DNA of 64,000 nt, from positions 768,001 through 832,000 of the forward strand of contig CAVYGB010000010.1 in assembly GCA_963767925.1 (NCBI GenBank). The letters are read 5' to 3'. The stretch is from an uncultured delta proteobacterium (GTDB taxonomy: Bacteria; Myxococcota_A; Polyangia; Fen-1088). Of the stretch, positions 29,269 through 39,359 are shown piece by piece; positions within the stretch are counted from its first letter, which is position 1; each line of letters opens with the position of its first letter. Made by a program: the position numbers and the translations under genes. A model generated the notes under the pieces. It was not told the origin of the DNA and searched no databases. It was given only the letters and a program-made list of their open reading frames with translations.

Positions 29269-31937
29269 CAGAAGCGCCCCCGCACGCCGAGCACCGGCAA
29301 GATGGGCAAACCCCGCACGGGGGCGCTCTCCCGGTAGCGGTAGTCATACAGCGTCGCCTCGGGGTTCTCGGCGTTGTAGACGTTCTGGACGTCGAGATAA
29401 ACCGAGAGCCGCCAGCTATCGAAGGTGAAGGTCCGCTCGGCGCGCAGGTCGAGCTGGTGGAAGGTCTGCCGGCGGATGCCGTTGGGGACGCCGCTCACCG
29501 GATCCCAGTCGCCGTAGTCGACGTCGAGGAAGGCGCCCAGCACCTCGGTCTCGGGCACGCCCGTCACCAGGCGGAAGCGGGCCCCCAGCTCCCAGGCGGC
29601 GCCGAGCTGGCGACTCGCCACCACGACGAGGTTGTGGGTCTGGTCGAACTCGGTGGGGCGGTAGGTGGTGGCGGGGGGCGTCCCCTCGCCGCCCCAGAGG
29701 CGGCGGTCCTCGGAGCGCGACAGGCTGTAGGCGATCCAGCCGTAGAAGTTGCGGGTGGGCCGGTGGCGCAGCAGCACCTCCAGGCCGTAGCCCCGGGTGC
29801 GGCCGTGGGGGGCGTAGCGCTCGACGCCGCCGTCGGGGCCGGGGCGGCTGGAGCCGACCGCCACCTGGTGGCGCCGCAGGTAATAGAGGGTGGCGTCGAG
29901 GGTGAGGGCGGCGCTGATCCCCTGCTCGAGCCCCAGGTGGTATTGCTCGGCCCAGATCAGCGGCAGGCGCGGGTTGCCGAACTGGCTGTCGAGCTGCACC
30001 GGGGTGGGCGGCTGATGGAACATGCCGGCGCCCCCCTTCCAGGTGGTGGTCGGCGAGGGGGACCAGCGCAGCACCACCCGGGGATCGAACGAGGTCTTGT
30101 CGGTGGCGCTGTAGTGGAACCAGTCGAAGCGCACCCCCGGGACGATCCGCACGCCCGGCACCACGTCCCACAAGCCCTCCAGGTAGGCGGCGGTGCCGAG
30201 GTTGGTGAGGGTGCGGGCGATGTTGACGATGGGGCGCATGGTGCGCCCGTAGGTGCGGCGCTCGGGCGGGACCGGCACGTTGAAGTCGATGCCGTCGAAG
30301 CGCAGCTCGGCGTCGAGACCCATCGCCAGGGTGAAGGCGGACCCCAGCGGTCGGGTCAGATCCTCGCGCAGGCCGAAGACGTGGGCCGAGCCCCGCGCCG
30401 CCACCTGCCCGGCCCGGAAGTGGACGGCGTCGAAGCCGTACGAGGGCGACAGGCGCGAGGTCCAGCCGCCGAGGGGCCGGCTCCAGGTGGCCAGCAAGCG
30501 GTGAAAGCCGATGCTGGTGCCGAGGTCGAGGTCGCCCGCGTCGTCCGAGCGGGTCACCACGTCGAGCGTGTCGCTGGAGCCGAAGGCGAAGAGGGAGACC
30601 CGCTCGCCCCCGCCAAGCTCGCGCGACAGGCGGGCCTGGTAGTCCCAGTACACCGGCGCGGCCACCACCTCGTTTTCGGGCAGCACCGCCGGCAGCAAGG
30701 TGTCGATGTACGAGCGGCGGGCGGCCAGCGACCCGGTCCAGCCGCGGCCCACCGGCCCCTCCAGGCTGAGGCCGGCGTCGAGCAGGTCCACGTCGGCGGA
30801 GCCGTGCCACCGCTGATGGCCGCGGGTGCGGGTGGAGACGTCGACGACGCCGGCGGTGGCGCGGCCGTAGCGCACCCCGAAGCCGCCCGGGTAAAAATCG
30901 ATGCGCTCGATGAGATCCGGGGTGAGGATCGAGGGCCCCACCGCGAAGTGGTAGAGCAGCGGCACCCGGTGCCCGTCGATGTACACGCCGCTGTCCTGGG
31001 GGGAGGCGCCCCGGATGAGCAGCAGGCCGAGGCCGTAGGGGGAGCGGGCCACCCCGGGCAGGCTCTGGATCACGCGCAGCGGATCGCCCATCGTGCCTGG
31101 CACGCTGGTCAGCTCGGGCTGCGAGAGCGAGTGGCGGGTCACCTCCTCGCCGCGGCGGGGGGCCTCGACAACCGTCTCGTAGCTGGCCTGGCGGCGGGCC
31201 ACCAGGCAGGTGAGGTCGAGGGCCAGGGCCTCGGCGGCCGGCAGGGTGAGATCCTGGATGCAGGGCTCGTGCTCGCCGCTCGTCACCACCAGGCGGACCC
31301 GCTCGCCGGGCAGGCCCGGCACGACGAAGCGGCCCTCGGCGTCGGTGGCCTCGATCCGCTCGGGCGGGGCCTCGCTGCCGCGCTCGATGAACACCTCGGC
31401 GTCGGCGATGGGGTCGCGGGTGCCGCGCTCCCGGATCCGGCCGCGGGCCAGCCGCTCGTGGAAACGCCGGGGATCGGGCGGCGGGCCGGCGGCATCGGCG
31501 CCCGCGGCGTCGGCGCCTCCGTCGGGTGGCGCCGGCGGGGGTGGACGAAACCGCATGACATATTCGACCCGGATGGCGCCGGGCAGCCCGTCGATCTCGG
31601 CCGGCTCGAAGGTCATCGCGCGGGCGGCCGCCGTCGCCGCCTCGTCGAAGCCCTGGCCGGCGGGACCGGTGAGCACCACCGCCGTCACCCGCCCACCGGC
31701 GTCGAGGTCGAGCCGCAGGGTCACGTCGGCCGAGACGCCGGCGGCGAGGGCGGCGGGTGGATAGAGCGGCCGGGGCGGCGTCGCGAGGCGGGGGGGTCGG
31801 GTCAGCCGCGGCCCCGCGCCGCCGTCGGGGGCGCCCGCGTCGGTTGCCCCCACGGCCTCGGCCCGCGCGGTCGGCGCAAGCAAAAAAACCAGCAAGCCGG
31901 CCAGCCGGGCGTATGAACCACCAGCAACCACGGGCAC
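29268..31937 (-). CDS. TonB-dependent receptor with an N-terminal TonB-C-like domain
   Basis: YPPAA...GFDEAATAAARAMTFEPA, then plug (GDPLRVIQSLPGV, IERIDFYPGGFGVRYGR), DQTH, LDVQNVYN and a terminal F. Start codon uncertain. Confidence 0.9.
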   Translation of the reverse strand: MPVVAGGSYARLAGLLVFLLAPTARAEAVGATDAGAPDGGAGPRLTRPPRLATPPRPLYPPAALAAGVSADVTLRLDLDAGGRVTAVVLTGPAGQGFDEAATAAARAMTFEPAEIDGLPGAIRVEYVMRFRPPPPAPPDGGADAAGADAAGPPPDPRRFHERLARGRIRERGTRDPIADAEVFIERGSEAPPERIEATDAEGRFVVPGLPGERVRLVVTSGEHEPCIQDLTLPAAEALALDLTCLVARRQASYETVVEAPRRGEEVTRHSLSQPELTSVPGTMGDPLRVIQSLPGVARSPYGLGLLLIRGASPQDSGVYIDGHRVPLLYHFAVGPSILTPDLIERIDFYPGGFGVRYGRATAGVVDVSTRTRGHQRWHGSADVDLLDAGLSLEGPVGRGWTGSLAARRSYIDTLLPAVLPENEVVAAPVYWDYQARLSRELGGGERVSLFAFGSSDTLDVVTRSDDAGDLDLGTSIGFHRLLATWSRPLGGWTSRLSPSYGFDAVHFRAGQVAARGSAHVFGLREDLTRPLGSAFTLAMGLDAELRFDGIDFNVPVPPERRTYGRTMRPIVNIARTLTNLGTAAYLEGLWDVVPGVRIVPGVRFDWFHYSATDKTSFDPRVVLRWSPSPTTTWKGGAGMFHQPPTPVQLDSQFGNPRLPLIWAEQYHLGLEQGISAALTLDATLYYLRRHQVAVGSSRPGPDGGVERYAPHGRTRGYGLEVLLRHRPTRNFYGWIAYSLSRSEDRRLWGGEGTPPATTYRPTEFDQTHNLVVVASRQLGAAWELGARFRLVTGVPETEVLGAFLDVDYGDWDPVSGVPNGIRRQTFHQLDLRAERTFTFDSWRLSVYLDVQNVYNAENPEATLYDYRYRESAPVRGLPILPVLGVRGRF

Positions 31938-32008
31938 CGCGGCGAGAGTTTGGCGGCTGAAGGCTCTGGCGGCAAGAAGCGCCGTGCAGGCGTTATAGTG
32001 CGCCGGAC

Positions 32009-33292
32009 ATGGAGCTCGACCGTTTTCCGCTGGCCCGGATCGCCGATCTGATCGGGACCCCGTTTTACCTCTACGATGCCACCGTCCTGCGCGCCAAGCT
32101 CGCCGAGCTGCAGGCGCTGACCGACGGCGCGGCCCTGCGCTGCCGATACGCGCTGAAGGCCAACTCCGCGCGGCGGATCCTCTCCGAGGTGCGCGCCGCC
32201 GGCCTGTGGGCCGACGCGGTCAGCGGCAACGAGGTGCTGCGGGCCATCCGGGCCGGCTTCCCCGCTGGCAACGATCCCCCCACCATCATGCTCACCAGCG
32301 ACGTCTTCCGGGACAACGCCCTCACCACCGTGCTCGAGCAGGGGGTGCTGCCCAACGTGGGCTCGCCCGGCATGGTCCGCGACCTGCGCGACGCCGGCTA
32401 CCGGGGCCCCATCGCCCTGCGCGCCAACCCCGGCTTTGGCCACGGCCACGTCCAGGCGGTCGACACCGGCGGCCCCTCCTCCAAACACGGCGTCTGGCAC
32501 GAGGACCTGGCCGAGGCGCGCACCCTGGCGGCCGAGGCCCGCCTGCCCATCGTCGCCCTGCACGTCCACGTCGGCACCGGCCCCAAGAAGGGCGAGTTCG
32601 ACGCCAACATGCGCAAGCTGATCGACTTCTACGAGGAGCTGCTGCCGCAGTTCCCGGACGCGGTGGCGGTCAACTTCGGCGGCGGCGTCCCCCACCCGTA
32701 CCGCCCGGGCGCCCCCGCCTACGACCTGGCAGGTTACCGGCCGATCCTGCTGGAGGCCGCCGAGCGGCTGCGCAAGGCGGCCGGCCGGCCGGTGCGGATC
32801 GAGATCGAGCCCGGGCGCTACCCGGTGGCCGGCATGGGCATCCTCGTGAGCCGGGTCAAGGACATCAAGAAGACCCGGGACAACGCCAAGGGCCCCGGCC
32901 ACACCTTCGTCATGGTCGACGCCGGCTTCAACGACCTCGTGCGCCCGGCCATGTACGGCGCCTACCACCACATCTCGATCGTCGGCGCCGGGGCCGGCCG
33001 CCCGCCCGAGCCGCTGGTGGTGGCGGGCCCCCTGTGCGAGAGCGGCGACGTCTTCACCCGCGACGACCACGAGCTGCTCGACCCCCGCCCCCTGCCCCGC
33101 CCCGATCCGGGCGACCTGCTGGTCCTTCACGACGCCGGCGCCTACGGGGCCAGCATGAGCTCGAACTACGTCTCGCTCGGCCGGCCGCCCCAGGTCTACT
33201 GGGACGATGGCCGCGCCACCCTCATCGCCCGCCGCGAGACCATCGACGACGTCACCCGCGCCGAGTGCGAAGACGCCATCCCGGCCGGCTGA
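32009..33292 (+). CDS. lysA: Diaminopimelate decarboxylase
   Basis: YALKAN (PLP Lys), SKHG, HVHVG, NFGGG, EPGRY, RPAMYG, GPLCESGD and GAYGASMSSNY. Confidence 0.93.
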   Translation: MELDRFPLARIADLIGTPFYLYDATVLRAKLAELQALTDGAALRCRYALKANSARRILSEVRAAGLWADAVSGNEVLRAIRAGFPAGNDPPTIMLTSDVFRDNALTTVLEQGVLPNVGSPGMVRDLRDAGYRGPIALRANPGFGHGHVQAVDTGGPSSKHGVWHEDLAEARTLAAEARLPIVALHVHVGTGPKKGEFDANMRKLIDFYEELLPQFPDAVAVNFGGGVPHPYRPGAPAYDLAGYRPILLEAAERLRKAAGRPVRIEIEPGRYPVAGMGILVSRVKDIKKTRDNAKGPGHTFVMVDAGFNDLVRPAMYGAYHHISIVGAGAGRPPEPLVVAGPLCESGDVFTRDDHELLDPRPLPRPDPGDLLVLHDAGAYGASMSSNYVSLGRPPQVYWDDGRATLIARRETIDDVTRAECEDAIPAG

Positions 33293-33324
33293 TCGGTCGG
33301 CTGGTCAGGCGACGGCCGGGTGGG

Positions 33325-33642
33325 TCAGGCGTCGGGGGCGTCGGCGGGGAAGGCGTCGATGACGAAGACCTCACCCTCGGCCTGAGCCTGGCGCAGGTAA
33401 GCGCGGTCCTCGTCCGAGCCGGCCTCGGGCAGCACCGCCGACTCCTTGAGGGTGGTCAAGATGGACCAGCCGCTTGCGATCAGGTGCTGCTCGGCACGCT
33501 GGCGGGCCGCCTCGAGGCTGGTGGCCAGGAGCCAGGCGCGCACGAAGGCCCCGCCGATCTCCGACCCGGGTCCGGCGGCCTCGCCCACCGGGCGCACCTC
33601 GTAGCCGAGGAAGAAGAGCTGGCGGGCGTCGGGGGCGCTCAT
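33325..33642 (-). CDS. Hypothetical protein
   Basis: 105-aa ORF with genome-typical codon usage, convergent with lysA. Confidence 0.6.
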   Translation of the reverse strand: MSAPDARQLFFLGYEVRPVGEAAGPGSEIGGAFVRAWLLATSLEAARQRAEQHLIASGWSILTTLKESAVLPEAGSDEDRAYLRQAQAEGEVFVIDAFPADAPDA

Positions 33643-33714
33643 CGCCACAAGTGTCGCACGCCCGGGCGCCGGTGCCCCCTTGCGCATGAACTGATCTTAT
33701 GTTCAGTTAGCGCC

Positions 33715-34233
33715 ATGGCCAACGACGACACCCTGCCCGAGGGCATGAACCGCCTCCTCGCGCTCTTTGCCACGGATCTCGCCAAGCTGCGGTTCGGAGA
33801 CCTCGACGCCTCGGTGCTGGAGGGGGCGGCCGGCACGGTGCGGGCGGCGGCCCGCGAGCTGGCGGAGGCCGAGGCCCTCGCCGACGGCGCGCGCGCCGCG
33901 CTCGAGACGGCGCGCAAGGAGCTGCTGCTCAAGGGACAGCGGGCCCTCGCCTACGCGCGCGTCTTCGCCGAGGGACTGCCGGAGCTGGCCGAGCGGCTGG
34001 AAGGGATCGCCCTGGCCGGCGGGCCCCGCCAGAGCGAGCCCCGACTCCTCACCCCCGAGCAGGCCGAGGCCGGCCCCCGAAGGCGGGGCCGCCCCCCGAA
34101 GGCCCCCGCCGCGACCGGGACCCTGGCGCTGGACGAGGGGGCCGCGGCGAAGCCCGGGAGCAGCCTCCCGGCCAACGGCGCCCCGGCCAAGGGCGCCCCG
34201 GCCAGCCCAGCCGAGGCCGACGCCGCCTCCTGA
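33715..34233 (+). CDS. Hypothetical coiled-coil protein with an AT-hook-like motif
   Basis: LRFGDLD...ALAYARVFA helical region followed by PRRRGRPPK. Confidence 0.75.
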   Translation: MANDDTLPEGMNRLLALFATDLAKLRFGDLDASVLEGAAGTVRAAARELAEAEALADGARAALETARKELLLKGQRALAYARVFAEGLPELAERLEGIALAGGPRQSEPRLLTPEQAEAGPRRRGRPPKAPAATGTLALDEGAAAKPGSSLPANGAPAKGAPASPAEADAAS

Positions 34234-34372
34234 GCGTTCAAGACACGCCGCGCCCCGTGCAAACCGAGCTGCTGCACGACGGGCCCAGGGCCGCCCGCCA
34301 CCTCGAGGGTGGGTCTCATCTGCGCGAGGTCGGTCGCGCAGAGCGGGGACAGGTGCTGCCTCTCGGCCGCCG

Positions 34373-34915
34373 TCAGGGGGCAGGGGGGCGTGCCTCGGCG
34401 GGCGGCGGGCCGGCCTCCTCGTAGTGCACGGCCAGCACCTCCAGCTCCTCTTCCCCCTTCGGCGTCTGGACGACCGTCCCCTGCCCCACCCGGCGGCCCA
34501 GCAGGGCGCGGCCCAGCGGCGACACGAAGGCGATGCGCCCCTCGCGGGCGTCGGCCTCGTCGACCCCGACGATCTGGTAGTGGCGCCGCTCGCCGGCGCC
34601 GTCGCGGACCAGGACCGTGGCGCCGAACCGGATCTCGGCCCCTGGATCCTCTGGCGGCGGCACCCGCACGGCGCTGCCGATGCGCGCCTGCAGCTCCCCG
34701 ATCCGGGCGGTCAGCGCGAGCACCCGGGCCTCGTCGGTGCGATCCCCGGCCGCCTCGAGGTCGCTGCGCTGTTGCTTCAGCCCGGTCAGCTCCGCGCCAA
34801 GCCGATCCAGCCCCCGCGCCGTCACGTAGTTGGGCTGGCCCGCCGGCAAAGGCGCCCGCGCCCGCACGATGACCGGCGCCTCGCCGGTCTCCTCGCTGGT
34901 GAAAGCCTTGCTCAC
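34373..34915 (-). CDS. GreA/GreB-family transcription factor
   Basis: SKAFT...PNYVT, IRFGATV, YQIVGVDEAD and SPLGRALLG. Confidence 0.88.
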   Translation of the reverse strand: MSKAFTSEETGEAPVIVRARAPLPAGQPNYVTARGLDRLGAELTGLKQQRSDLEAAGDRTDEARVLALTARIGELQARIGSAVRVPPPEDPGAEIRFGATVLVRDGAGERRHYQIVGVDEADAREGRIAFVSPLGRALLGRRVGQGTVVQTPKGEEELEVLAVHYEEAGPPPAEARPPAP

Positions 34916-35086
34916 CGGGTTAGCTTGACACCCTCCGGTCGCCCCCGTCGCTGCCCGACCGCCAATGTGCACAGCAGCCCTGAGCCGGGCCGCGCCACCC
35001 GATGCGGCGGGCCGGTGGCGGCGCGCGGCCCCCGGATCGCCCGCGCGCTTCGACCTCCGGCCGGCGCGCGCTTCGTCCCTTCCGTT

Positions 35087-35581
35087 TCAACGCGCGCCCG
35101 GCCCTACCGGGCGGCTGCCGTCCACGTCGGCGAGGATGAGATCGGCGTCCTCGCCGGGCAGGCCCATGGCCCGGAGCTGGCGGGCCAGGCCCGGCCGCAC
35201 CACCCGCTGGTAGTCGGCGGCGGAGACGTACCGCGTCCGCTGGAGGATCTGCACCCGCATGCGCTCGCGGAAGCGCATGCGCTCGGCGGGATCTTGCAGC
35301 ACCTCGGCGGGGATCTTTCCGGGATGGCGCCCGCCGGGCGAGCGGTCGCCGTTCCCGGCGAACACCTCCGCCGGTCGCGGGCCGGAGGCGAGCAGGCCGA
35401 GGTTCGTCCGGTCCGACCCGGCGGGCGGGTGCCCGCACCCGCCCGCCGCCGCCGCGGTCAGGGCGAGCAAGGCTCCCCGCGCCGCCCGGGCCAGGCCGGA
35501 GAACCCGGACGCGGACGTGCGGAAAGGACGGGCAACGCGGCTGCCCGCGCGGGCGATGACGATCGAGATCGGTGTGGCCAT
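35087..35581 (-). CDS. Hypothetical lipoprotein
   Basis: AGGAGG SD; hydrophobic stretch ending AAAGGC. Confidence 0.6.
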   Translation of the reverse strand: MATPISIVIARAGSRVARPFRTSASGFSGLARAARGALLALTAAAAGGCGHPPAGSDRTNLGLLASGPRPAEVFAGNGDRSPGGRHPGKIPAEVLQDPAERMRFRERMRVQILQRTRYVSAADYQRVVRPGLARQLRAMGLPGEDADLILADVDGSRPVGPGAR

Positions 35582-35627
35582 GTCGATACCTCCTGCTGGT
35601 GGAAGTACCGCGCCGCCGAGGGCCCGT

Positions 35628-35674
35628 CTTACACGTCCTTGCCGCGATCGTCGCCCGCGCTTACACGTTCTTGC
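35628..35674 (-). promoter_or_regulatory. Duplicated 15-bp regulator-binding box
   Basis: Minus-strand GCAAGAACGTGTAAG and GCAAGGACGTGTAAG, 32 bp apart, upstream of the 35581 start. Confidence 0.6.
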
Positions 35675-35750
35675 GCGCGCGCCGAACGCCGACCAGCGAC
35701 GCTCGCGCCCCGCGCTCACAGTTCGTGCGCGCGGGCCCGAGCGCCGGCGT

Positions 35751-36389
35751 TCAGAAGCGGTAGCCGACGCTGCCCCCGAAGCTCACCGTGCTCTGTCCGG
35801 CGGATTCGTTGCTCAGGTTGGCCTCGCGGAACATGTCGTCGGCGAAGGCCGGCCGGTAGATCAGGCGCATGTCCGCGGAGAGCTGCCGGTGGCCGACCGT
35901 GATCCCGAAGCCCATCGGCACCGAGAAGACGCCGTCGGCGTTGGCGATCTTGCCGACGTTGCCATCGTCGGCGCCCACCAGGTTGAACGCGCTCCAGCCC
36001 AGACCGGCGGCCAGGTAAGGGGTCACGAACGAGTTGATGCTCGGGAGCACCGGATGACCCAGGCGCAGCAGGCCCTCCATCCCGGTCTGGATCACGTTGG
36101 CGTCGTACATCCCGGGTGTGTCGATGGGGAACGCGGCGCCCAGATAGGCCACCTCGACCCCCAGCCGGCGGGCCATCCCCCAGGTACCCCGCACGGTCCA
36201 GCTCCCTCCGGGCTCACTCACCGTCTGGGTGCCTCCCTCGGTGAAGGTCGCGAAGCCGCCCCCGGCGTGCACCGCGAAGGTGTGCTCGTCGAACAGGTCG
36301 CGCGTTCGCTCGAAAAGCTCCTGCCCCTGGACCGGCCCGGTCGCCCCGAGCAACAACAGCCCTCCCCACAACCATCCCCTTGCCTTCAT
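35751..36389 (-). CDS. Small outer-membrane beta-barrel protein (OmpA-membrane-like)
   Basis: Signal peptide, LGVEVAY, TPYLAAGLGW and terminal VGYRF. Confidence 0.8.
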   Translation of the reverse strand: MKARGWLWGGLLLLGATGPVQGQELFERTRDLFDEHTFAVHAGGGFATFTEGGTQTVSEPGGSWTVRGTWGMARRLGVEVAYLGAAFPIDTPGMYDANVIQTGMEGLLRLGHPVLPSINSFVTPYLAAGLGWSAFNLVGADDGNVGKIANADGVFSVPMGFGITVGHRQLSADMRLIYRPAFADDMFREANLSNESAGQSTVSFGGSVGYRF

Positions 36390-36604
36390 GATCGCGTCCC
36401 CCTTTCCCGGTCGAAGCTGGGCCCGGCCCGGGGCGGTTTCAACCGGACGGGTCCGGGCGGGGGGAAAGAGGTGCCCGTCCGTCCCTTCGTGTCCGTACGG
36501 CGGGGCGTGGGGGGGTTGGGGGCGGCGGCAGGTAGCGGCCACCGCCTCGGGGACGCGTACGGGGGACGCGTAGTCGGGACGCTTAGGCGGGCTCGGGAGG
36601 GGTG

Positions 36605-37486
36605 TCAGTCGGGGCGGATGGAGGTCTGGCCGGACCAGGCCCAGAGGACGGCGTTTTCGAACAGGCGCTCGCCGTCGTTGCTGAGGTCCGCGGCGGCGGC
36701 GTCGCCGGCGAAGAAGCCGACGCGGCGGTGGGGAGCCTTGCCGCTCGCCATCTGGGCGCCGCGGTCGTAGACGAAGATGGCGGCCTGGTCGGGCTCGCCG
36801 GCGATCCGGGCGATGACCTGGGCGCCCGCCGCGGGGATGCCCCACTGGAGCTGGGAGCGCTGATCGACGACCTCGACCGTGCCATCGAGCCCGCTGGCGA
36901 TGGGGTGGCTGCCGAGGGCGATCTCCACCTCCTCGTCGCTGGTCTGGCCGGACTCGTCCCTGCCGTCGGTGGTCATGCCCATGTCGGCGAGGACGTTGCT
37001 GTCGAGGACCACCACCGGCACGTCGAGGTTGCGGTATTCGTCCTCGACGGTTCCCGGCGACACGCTGCCCGAGATCACCACCAGGCCGGAGTCCTCGGCC
37101 TCGTCACTGTCCTCGCCGTCGTCGAGCTCGCGCACGCGGAAGCCGAGATCCTCGAGAATGTCGCTCAGCTCCTCGTCGCCGGCGCTCAGCTCGTCCTCGT
37201 CACCGACAACCAGGGTCACCGTGTTCGACTCGGGCGGCGGCGCAGGCGGGGCCGAGGGATCGATCCCTGGCGGGGCCGCGGGGGGCGCCGCTGGCGACGG
37301 GAGCGGCGGAACCACGACACCCGGGCCGGTGGTGCTCGCCGGCCGCCCGATGTCGCTGTCCTGCGGAATGCATGCACCCGCCGCCAGCGCGCTGGCCAGG
37401 ACCGCGATGGCGGCCCCTCCCCGCAGCGAAAAGCCCTTGAATCCAGGGGCACTTGGCACGAACGGCAGCCGTGTTCGGGTCTTCAT
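36605..37486 (-). CDS. Acidic lipoprotein of unknown function
   Basis: Lipobox AAGAC, Pro linker, and a domain ending LFENAVLWA (reminiscent of GATase/ThuA-like folds). Confidence 0.7.
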   Translation of the reverse strand: MKTRTRLPFVPSAPGFKGFSLRGGAAIAVLASALAAGACIPQDSDIGRPASTTGPGVVVPPLPSPAAPPAAPPGIDPSAPPAPPPESNTVTLVVGDEDELSAGDEELSDILEDLGFRVRELDDGEDSDEAEDSGLVVISGSVSPGTVEDEYRNLDVPVVVLDSNVLADMGMTTDGRDESGQTSDEEVEIALGSHPIASGLDGTVEVVDQRSQLQWGIPAAGAQVIARIAGEPDQAAIFVYDRGAQMASGKAPHRRVGFFAGDAAAADLSNDGERLFENAVLWAWSGQTSIRPD

Positions 37487-37627
37487 GACCTTGCAGTGAC
37501 CCGACCGCCCGCCAGCTACTCCGGTACTTGAGGCTCCGGGAAGCGGAAGCGGCGTTTTCTCAGGGATATCGTCGATTTTTGTGACTCACAGCATACCTCG
37601 CGCCCCCGCGCCCCTCCCGGCCCGCCT

Positions 37628-38431
37628 TCAGCGGGGCGCCAGCGCCGCCAGGGTCTGCTGGCCGGCCGGCGTGCGGGCGCGCCCGGGGGTGAGGCCGTAG
37701 CGGCGGCGGAAGTGGTTGCCGAAGTGGCCCTGGTTGGCAAAGCCCGTCGCGAGGGCGATATCGGCCAGCGGCCGGCTGGTCTCGAACAGCAAGGTGAGGG
37801 CGTGACGCAGGCGAAGCTCGAGCTGGTAGCGGTGGATGCTCGACCCGGTCGCCCGGCGGAACACCCGGCAGGCAGCAAACGGCGACAGCCCCACGCCGGA
37901 GGCCAGCGCCGACAGCGGCAGCGGCTGGTCGAAGCGCATCGCCACCTCGTGGGCGATCTCGTCGGCCTGCGCCCGCCAGCGGCCGCCCCCCCAGCGCCGG
38001 CGCTCGCCCTGCCCGGGCCCGAAGATCCGGGCCAGCGTCTCCTCCACCTCCAGCAGATCCATCGGCCCGCCCTCCAGGCGGGCGGCCAGCGCGTGCATCC
38101 GCACCTGGGACTCGACGTCCATCGGGATGACGTGCCAGGGATCGAACGACCCCGCCACCGCCGGGCTATGGATGGCCAGGCACTCGTCGCCGCCGTCGGG
38201 GTGGTGAGAGACGTACTCCTCGCCGGCCCGCTGGATGACCGCCTGGCTGGGGTCGAACGCCAGCCGGCCCCGCCGATGCCGGTAGGAGAAGCGGCCCTGC
38301 AACGTGACCACCAGCTTCGTCACCAGCGCCTGGTTCGGCGCCGCCCGCGGCGGGTCCTGGCCGTCGCAGGTGCTCCGCTGGATGGTTGTCTCGTTCTGCG
38401 AGAACAGGGTACGAACGTGGAAACAAGGCAC
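37628..38431 (-). CDS. AraC-family transcriptional regulator
   Basis: LSALASGVGLSPFAACRVFRRATG...LADIALATGFANQGHFGNHFRRRYGLTPG; GGAGG SD before GTG 38431. Confidence 0.88.
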   Translation of the reverse strand: MPCFHVRTLFSQNETTIQRSTCDGQDPPRAAPNQALVTKLVVTLQGRFSYRHRRGRLAFDPSQAVIQRAGEEYVSHHPDGGDECLAIHSPAVAGSFDPWHVIPMDVESQVRMHALAARLEGGPMDLLEVEETLARIFGPGQGERRRWGGGRWRAQADEIAHEVAMRFDQPLPLSALASGVGLSPFAACRVFRRATGSSIHRYQLELRLRHALTLLFETSRPLADIALATGFANQGHFGNHFRRRYGLTPGRARTPAGQQTLAALAPR

Positions 38432-38538
38432 AGCGCCCTCCAGAGTACGGCGCCCCCCGCGCCCCCACAAGCAGCGGCGCCCCCGGGAACGGCCGCGAAA
38501 ACGCCGCAAGAACCTGTAAGACGCGGGGGTGCCTCTCC

Positions 38539-39286
38539 TCAGTTGCTCGCGGTCTTCACCGGCCGGAGGACGCGGAGCTTGATGTTGCGGAACTCGATCC
38601 GGTCGCCGTGGTCTTGCAGATCGAGGTGGCCGCGGGTGGCCTTGCCGAACGCGGGGAACTCCTTGAACTTGCTGGCCGCCACCTTGGCGTTCCAGTCGTC
38701 GCTGCCCTTCTCGTAGCTGACGGTCTTCTCCCCGTTGAGCCAGTGCTCGACGCTGGGGCCGTTGACCACCAGCCGGGCCTGGTTCCACTCGCCCACCGGG
38801 CGGCTCACGTCCTTGGCCGGGGCGTAGAGGCCGTAGCAGGAGCCGGCGGCGGTGAGGGGGTTCTTGCCGTCGCGGTGCTTGCCGTTGTCGAGCACCTGCA
38901 GCTCGGGGCCCGTCTTCCAGGGCTGATCTTCGGTCTCCTGGACGTGGTACATGACGCCGCTGTTGCCGCCCTTCACCGAGGCGCCATTCGAGCGACAGCT
39001 CGAAGCTCTCGTATTGATCGCGGGTCAACAGATCGCCGCCCGTCACGCCCTCCTTGCGCTCGAAGGCCAGCACGCCGTCCTTGACCGTCCAGGCCTTCGG
39101 TGCGGTCTTCTGCCGGTAGCCGCGCCAGCCCTTGGTGGTCTTGCCGTCGAACAGCAGCTTCCAGCCAGCCTTTGCTTCTCTGGGGGTGAGCGTGTTGGGC
39201 ACGGCAGCCGCCTCCTGCGCGCGTGCCGCCGAGGCCGTGAGACAGAGAACACCGAGGACAACCACGAGCCGGCACAACATGAGCAT
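38539..39286 (-). CDS. DUF1080 (3-keto-disaccharide hydrolase) family protein, one frameshift near 38970
   Basis: Signal peptide, GWKLLFDGKTTKGW, FELSLEW / GGNSGV, ELQVLD, GEWN, VEHWLNG and LQDHG...FRNIK. Confidence 0.88.
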
Positions 39287-39359
39287 TCCTCCTTTGGGGC
39301 CGCCCCGACGTTAGATCAACCCCGCCCACAAGACCAGCTCACGCTACCCCTTGGAAAGC

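Noticed and set aside
37579..37591. TGTGA-C-TCACA as a CRP/FNR-family site
   Set aside because: Half-sites are separated by 1 bp rather than 6; a short palindrome of unknown significance
37628..39286. 552-aa DUF1080-AraC fusion
   Set aside because: Produced by a 1-bp indel near 38970; DUF1080 ends at 38539 and AraC has its own SD and start
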